From Pedobacter sp. (GTDB taxonomy: Bacteria > Bacteroidota > Bacteroidia > Sphingobacteriales > Sphingobacteriaceae), in NCBI GenBank assembly GCA_004295885.1, contig SEDG01000001.1, positions 7,942 to 71,941 on the forward strand: DNA of 64,000 bases. The letters run 5' to 3'. Below the pieces are notes generated by a model. That model worked only from the letters and a program-made list of their open reading frames with translations. It searched no databases and was not told the DNA's origin. The translations under genes were made by a program, and so were the position numbers. This document shows, piece by piece, positions 61,055 through 64,000 of the stretch; position 1 is the first letter of the stretch; the number at the start of each line of letters is the position of its first letter.

Positions 61055-62071
61055 ATGAAGTATCAGATTATCGTTAACAAGGCCTCCAGCATTGCGAAAT
61101 ACGTGCAAATCGCAGAGGTTATCAAGAAGGACATAGAGTCGGGAAGATTGGAGAATGGCTCGAAATTACCCTCCATCAATGAATTCAGTAAAAGCCATAT
61201 CGTGGCGAGGGATACCGTCGAAAAAGCTTACAATAGCTTAAAACGTACAGGCTATATCAAAGGTGTTCCTGGCAAGGGTAATTTTGTGGACAAGGTGTAT
61301 CAGTCCCAGAAAACATTGAAAATCTTGATTATCCTTAACAAACTAAGTTCGTTCAAAAAGGAGGTTTATGAAGCATTCCTGGAGACTATGGGAAGTAGGG
61401 CAAAGGTTGACATGCAAATCCATCATTATAACGTGGCCTTCTTTAAGGATATTATTCATGAAACCGAGGGGGAATACCATTATTACGTCGTCATGCCCCA
61501 TTTCTCAGCGGATACTTCAGATCAAAGTTATCTTGAGGTGTTGAATTCTATTCAAAATGCTGGGCTAATAGTGCTGGATAAAAAGGTGCAATTGGCAAAT
61601 GAGGTCATCAACGTATATCAGGACTTTGAAAGGGATATCTTTGAAGCGCTTAGCGTTGAAAGGGAAATTCTGCAGAAGTACAGTGGCATTACCTTGATCT
61701 TCAATAAATTGACAAATCATCCGAAAGAGATCATTGAAGGGGTAAGGTCGTTTTGTGAGATGCAGGAGAAGAACTTCGACGTTATTGAAGATGCTAACAA
61801 GGTAATCCCGAAAAAAGGTACCGCCTACATTACATTAACAGATGATGAACTTGCCATGGTGCTTAAAAAGATCAAGGAAACCAAGCATAGATTGGGAAGG
61901 GATATCGGTATACTTTCGTTTAACGAAACGGTGTTGAAGGAATTACTGGGAATCACGGTGGTTAGTACTGATTTTTCTGCAATGGGCCGGATAGCTGCAG
62001 AAATGATCTTGGGGAAAAGTGTTCAAAGCATTAGGAACGAATTTCGTTTTATCAAGAGAAATTCCTTGTAG
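61055..62071 (+). CDS. GntR-family regulator (paralog of 34070..35101)
   Basis: KYVQI..LPSIN..ARDTVEKAY..GKG wHTH; GILSFNE..ITVVSTDF. ATG 61055 preferred over TTG 61010. Confidence 0.9.
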   Translation: MKYQIIVNKASSIAKYVQIAEVIKKDIESGRLENGSKLPSINEFSKSHIVARDTVEKAYNSLKRTGYIKGVPGKGNFVDKVYQSQKTLKILIILNKLSSFKKEVYEAFLETMGSRAKVDMQIHHYNVAFFKDIIHETEGEYHYYVVMPHFSADTSDQSYLEVLNSIQNAGLIVLDKKVQLANEVINVYQDFERDIFEALSVEREILQKYSGITLIFNKLTNHPKEIIEGVRSFCEMQEKNFDVIEDANKVIPKKGTAYITLTDDELAMVLKKIKETKHRLGRDIGILSFNETVLKELLGITVVSTDFSAMGRIAAEMILGKSVQSIRNEFRFIKRNSL

Positions 62072-62545
62072 TGTACGGGAATAGTGGCTGATTCTTTTAA
62101 AGCGAGATTAATTTATGTATTTAAAAGGCCTTCGGCGCTTCGTAGATCGGCTAGACGACTACGACTATCTAAGTTATTTGATGTTGGTCGTTAGGATTAC
62201 CTTACCAAGCAAGCCTTATTGGTAAATTGGAGGTTATTCCAAAAGGGCCGCATCTTATTATGTATTAGTTGAAGTTTTGGAAGTAAACAGAGCCATTTAC
62301 AGTGTCTCTTTAACCAAATTGTCAGCCTATATTGTTGGCAATTTCTTATTGGTAAATTATCTGAAATCCCACAGATTGAATGTTTTTGGGCGGAAAAAAT
62401 TTGAGAACTCGATAATTATTTTTAACTTTATCTTATAAGTAATTGCAACTAATTACAAGTTTAGAAATAAGTGAGTCATTCGGTGAGTTTTCGAATATTA
62501 CTATTTGTAAGACATTGATTTAAAGCTGTTTAGTAACTATAAGGT

Positions 62546-62562
62546 ATTCCCCTGCGGGCTAC
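62546..62562 (+). mobile_element. tRNA 3'-end fragment (tRNA-Glu-like), putative att site
   Basis: ATTCCCCTGCGGGCTAC resembles the T-arm/acceptor 3' end of Bacteroidetes tRNA-Glu as I recall it. No 5' tRNA half upstream; a terminator follows directly. Confidence 0.55.
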
Positions 62563-62563
62563 G

Positions 62564-62594
62564 AAGCCTTCAACGAAAGTTGGAGGCTTTTTTT
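62564..62594 (+). terminator. Rho-independent terminator
   Basis: AAGCCTTCAAC-GAAA-GTTGGAGGCTT stem (one G-U pair, GNRA loop) running into a T tract. Confidence 0.85.
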
Positions 62595-62678
62595 ATTAAT
62601 ATTTGCCTTGATATAAAAGTAGTGGATAAGTATCAACTTTACTATAAATGGGATTAGGTTCGCGGGTATAATCAAGCT

Positions 62679-63500
62679 TTAATTCTCAGATAAACTAATT
62701 TTGTTTCTAATCAGTCCATTAAAATGAGCGACTCTTTCGGCATATCTCCTAACTCCTAGATTTTCAAGGTTTTCTTGCATTTCCTTTTTTAAATGCAGCT
62801 GTCCGCGTCTAATAAATAAACCTGTTACTTCACAAGACCTTCTTCGGTAACAAATTTTCTTATGATTTAGATAGTAACCATTTTGTTTTATTATTTCGAG
62901 TATTTCAGGAATGTATTCTTTAAAATTCTTACTAGAGGAAAAAGCTAAGTCGTCTAAGTAAGCAGTAAATGTAATTTGCTTATTTTCACAATATGACGTT
63001 ATATTTTGAGCTGTTGTCGAAAATACAAGGTTCGCCAATGTTGCGGAAGTTGGCGCACCTTGAGGCAAGTGCCCATCAAAAGTCGTAAGTCTGGTAAGCA
63101 ATCGTGCTTCACTGCTGGAAAACCCTATCGATAGTAATGTTTGATGGACCTGAGCGTTTGTAATATTGGAAAAGTAATTTTTAAGGTCTACTGTTAAAAA
63201 GTAGGAGCTATTGATATGAACCACTGCATTCATAATATTGTTTTTTCCCTTTATACTTCCAAACATCACATCCGGCAATGGGATTTTTTGAAGTAGAATA
63301 TTTATTTCACGCTGTATCAATTTTAATTTTATATATGGTTCTTGAGTATAACGATACCTTAAAGTCCCATCGTTATTCTGTTGTGGTTTACCCCATTTTT
63401 TTTTCGCTCTTATTGTACTTTTATATAGCCCATATGATTTTCTTGTTAGGCGTTTAAGCAAGTTGTCTTCAACTGTCAAATTTAAAATGTTGCGAATCAT
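62679..63500 (-). CDS. Retron-type reverse transcriptase (273 aa)
   Basis: LKLIQ, region X NAVVH (NAxxH), DLKNYF, LPQGAPTS, catalytic YLDD and region Y VTG (CEVTGL). Confidence 0.9.
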   Translation of the reverse strand: MIRNILNLTVEDNLLKRLTRKSYGLYKSTIRAKKKWGKPQQNNDGTLRYRYTQEPYIKLKLIQREINILLQKIPLPDVMFGSIKGKNNIMNAVVHINSSYFLTVDLKNYFSNITNAQVHQTLLSIGFSSSEARLLTRLTTFDGHLPQGAPTSATLANLVFSTTAQNITSYCENKQITFTAYLDDLAFSSSKNFKEYIPEILEIIKQNGYYLNHKKICYRRRSCEVTGLFIRRGQLHLKKEMQENLENLGVRRYAERVAHFNGLIRNKISLSEN

Positions 63501-63515
63501 AATTTTCTAAAATGA

Positions 63516-63795
63516 AACCGGGTCTAGAGCTTAGGAATAATTAAAGACGCTAACTTAAGAGTACGTTTAGCGAACCTTTTTATGATTTGCATTTGTTGCA
63601 TCTTAAGCTTAAAGATTAGTATCTCAATTAACCATCGCTCGGTTCTTGATAAATTTTTGCAGTTCTTCACCAGAAGCTTTTTAAGATGCTTCCGTACCAC
63701 TTTCTTTTTTTTCATATTTATGGGATTTAGATTCCAGAGAATTTCTGGCCGCAAGAATATTTATCACCATGGCAAATCAAGAAAACGACCCGGTT
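63516..63795 (-). ncRNA. Putative retron msr-msd RNA bounded by a1/a2-like inverted repeats
   Basis: AACCGGGTC (63516-63524) and GACCCGGTT (63787-63795) form a perfect 9-bp IR. An unpaired G follows the 5' arm on the minus strand (63786). Internal stems are present, and the region lies directly upstream of the RT ATG. Confidence 0.7.
63524..63715 (-). CDS. 63-aa highly basic small protein embedded in the putative retron RNA (candidate effector)
   Basis: ATG at 63715 preceded by AT-rich TAAAT; 20 K/R vs 2 E; TAG stop overlaps the 3' IR arm by 1 nt. Confidence 0.5.
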   Translation of the reverse strand: MKKKKVVRKHLKKLLVKNCKNLSRTERWLIEILIFKLKMQQMQIIKRFAKRTLKLASLIIPKL

Positions 63796-63810
63796 ATAAG
63801 TCATTATTTT

Positions 63811-63833
63811 AGGTGCCTTGCCGCAAGGCACCT
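63811..63833. repeat. Perfect GC-rich hairpin AGGTGCCTTG-CCG-CAAGGCACCT
   Basis: 10-bp stem, 3-nt loop, 15 nt outside the 5' IR arm; no U tract on the minus strand. Confidence 0.8.
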
Positions 63834-63893
63834 TTCTGCTACGTGTTTAAAACACTTTAAAATGGATTTTTAGAAAGAGGTTTAAAGAACGTT

Positions 63894-63924
63894 CTAAGAT
63901 AAAAATTGTCCGTAAAACCTCAAA
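63894..63924 (-). promoter_or_regulatory. Bacteroidetes sigma-A-like promoter for the retron unit
   Basis: Minus strand: TTTG (63924-63921), 19 nt, TATCTTAG (63901-63894). One mismatch to TAnnTTTG, with canonical spacing. Confidence 0.5.
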
Positions 63925-64000
63925 ACCAATTGAAATAAAAACTTTAGAGATTTTTGAAAGGTATCATCGCTAATATGATTTTTTACATGATTTACGTATT

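Noticed and set aside
62480-62562. Intact tRNA gene
   Set aside because: Only a 3'-end-like 17-mer is present; upstream sequence does not form D or anticodon arms.
62679-63500. RT as group II intron, DGR, CRISPR-associated or DRT2-type
   Set aside because: Only 273 aa with no maturase or endonuclease domain; no TR/VR repeat pair, Avd or cas gene seen; NAxxH and VTG motifs plus the flanking IR fit a retron.
63582-63812. Plus-strand 76-aa ORF over the retron RNA
   Set aside because: Antisense shadow of the Lys-rich ORF (Phe/Ile-rich as expected), with no evident plus-strand promoter. Revisit only if RT-DNA becomes double-stranded and transcribed.
46891-63820. 13-nt direct match TTTAGGTGCCTTG at 46891 and 63808
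   Set aside because: Several 13-mer matches are expected by chance in 64 kb, and the flanks do not align.
63811-63833. Hairpin as a terminator for the retron transcript
   Set aside because: Followed by an A-rich, not U-rich, tract on the minus strand; kept as a structural hairpin only.
1-64000. CRISPR array, rRNA or integrase gene
   Set aside because: No regularly spaced repeats, rRNA-like sequence or recombinase ORF was seen; nearly all the sequence is explained by CDSs.

Overview
Bacteroidetes DNA, probably Sphingobacteriaceae/Pedobacter-like (inferred from three SusC/SusD pairs, a T9SS cargo protein and AT-rich translation starts without Shine-Dalgarno). It is mostly accessory carbohydrate-utilisation DNA in four blocks. 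(A) 1-19.9 kb: an amino-sugar/mannose-type PUL (FAD oxidoreductase, MFS, SGNH esterase, DUF4434, AGE epimerase, GH92, SusC/D, two lipoproteins, two GHL10 hydrolases, DUF5009/NagX-like). (B) 20-28.9 kb: ECF sigma/FecR/SusC/SusD with a MauG/MbnH-like di-heme enzyme and no CAZyme. (C) 29-62 kb: a PAS protein fused to an IS1595-type Zn-ribbon, then a rhamnose-centred PUL (RhaT, GH110, GH106, GH78, GH129-like, SusC/D, T9SS beta-helix protein) with two PhyH-GntR pairs, an FNT channel and three paralogs of an unknown family. (D) 62.5-64 kb: a tRNA-Glu-like 3' fragment plus terminator (possible att site), then a minus-strand retron-type reverse transcriptase. The top finding is in block D. The RT's upstream putative ncRNA is closed by a 9-bp a1/a2-like inverted repeat with a candidate branching G, and it contains a complete 63-aa highly basic ORF whose stop codon abuts the 3' arm. 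This suggests a minimal retron whose RT template is also the mRNA of its putative effector. Family calls come from motif recognition by eye; no database searches were run.
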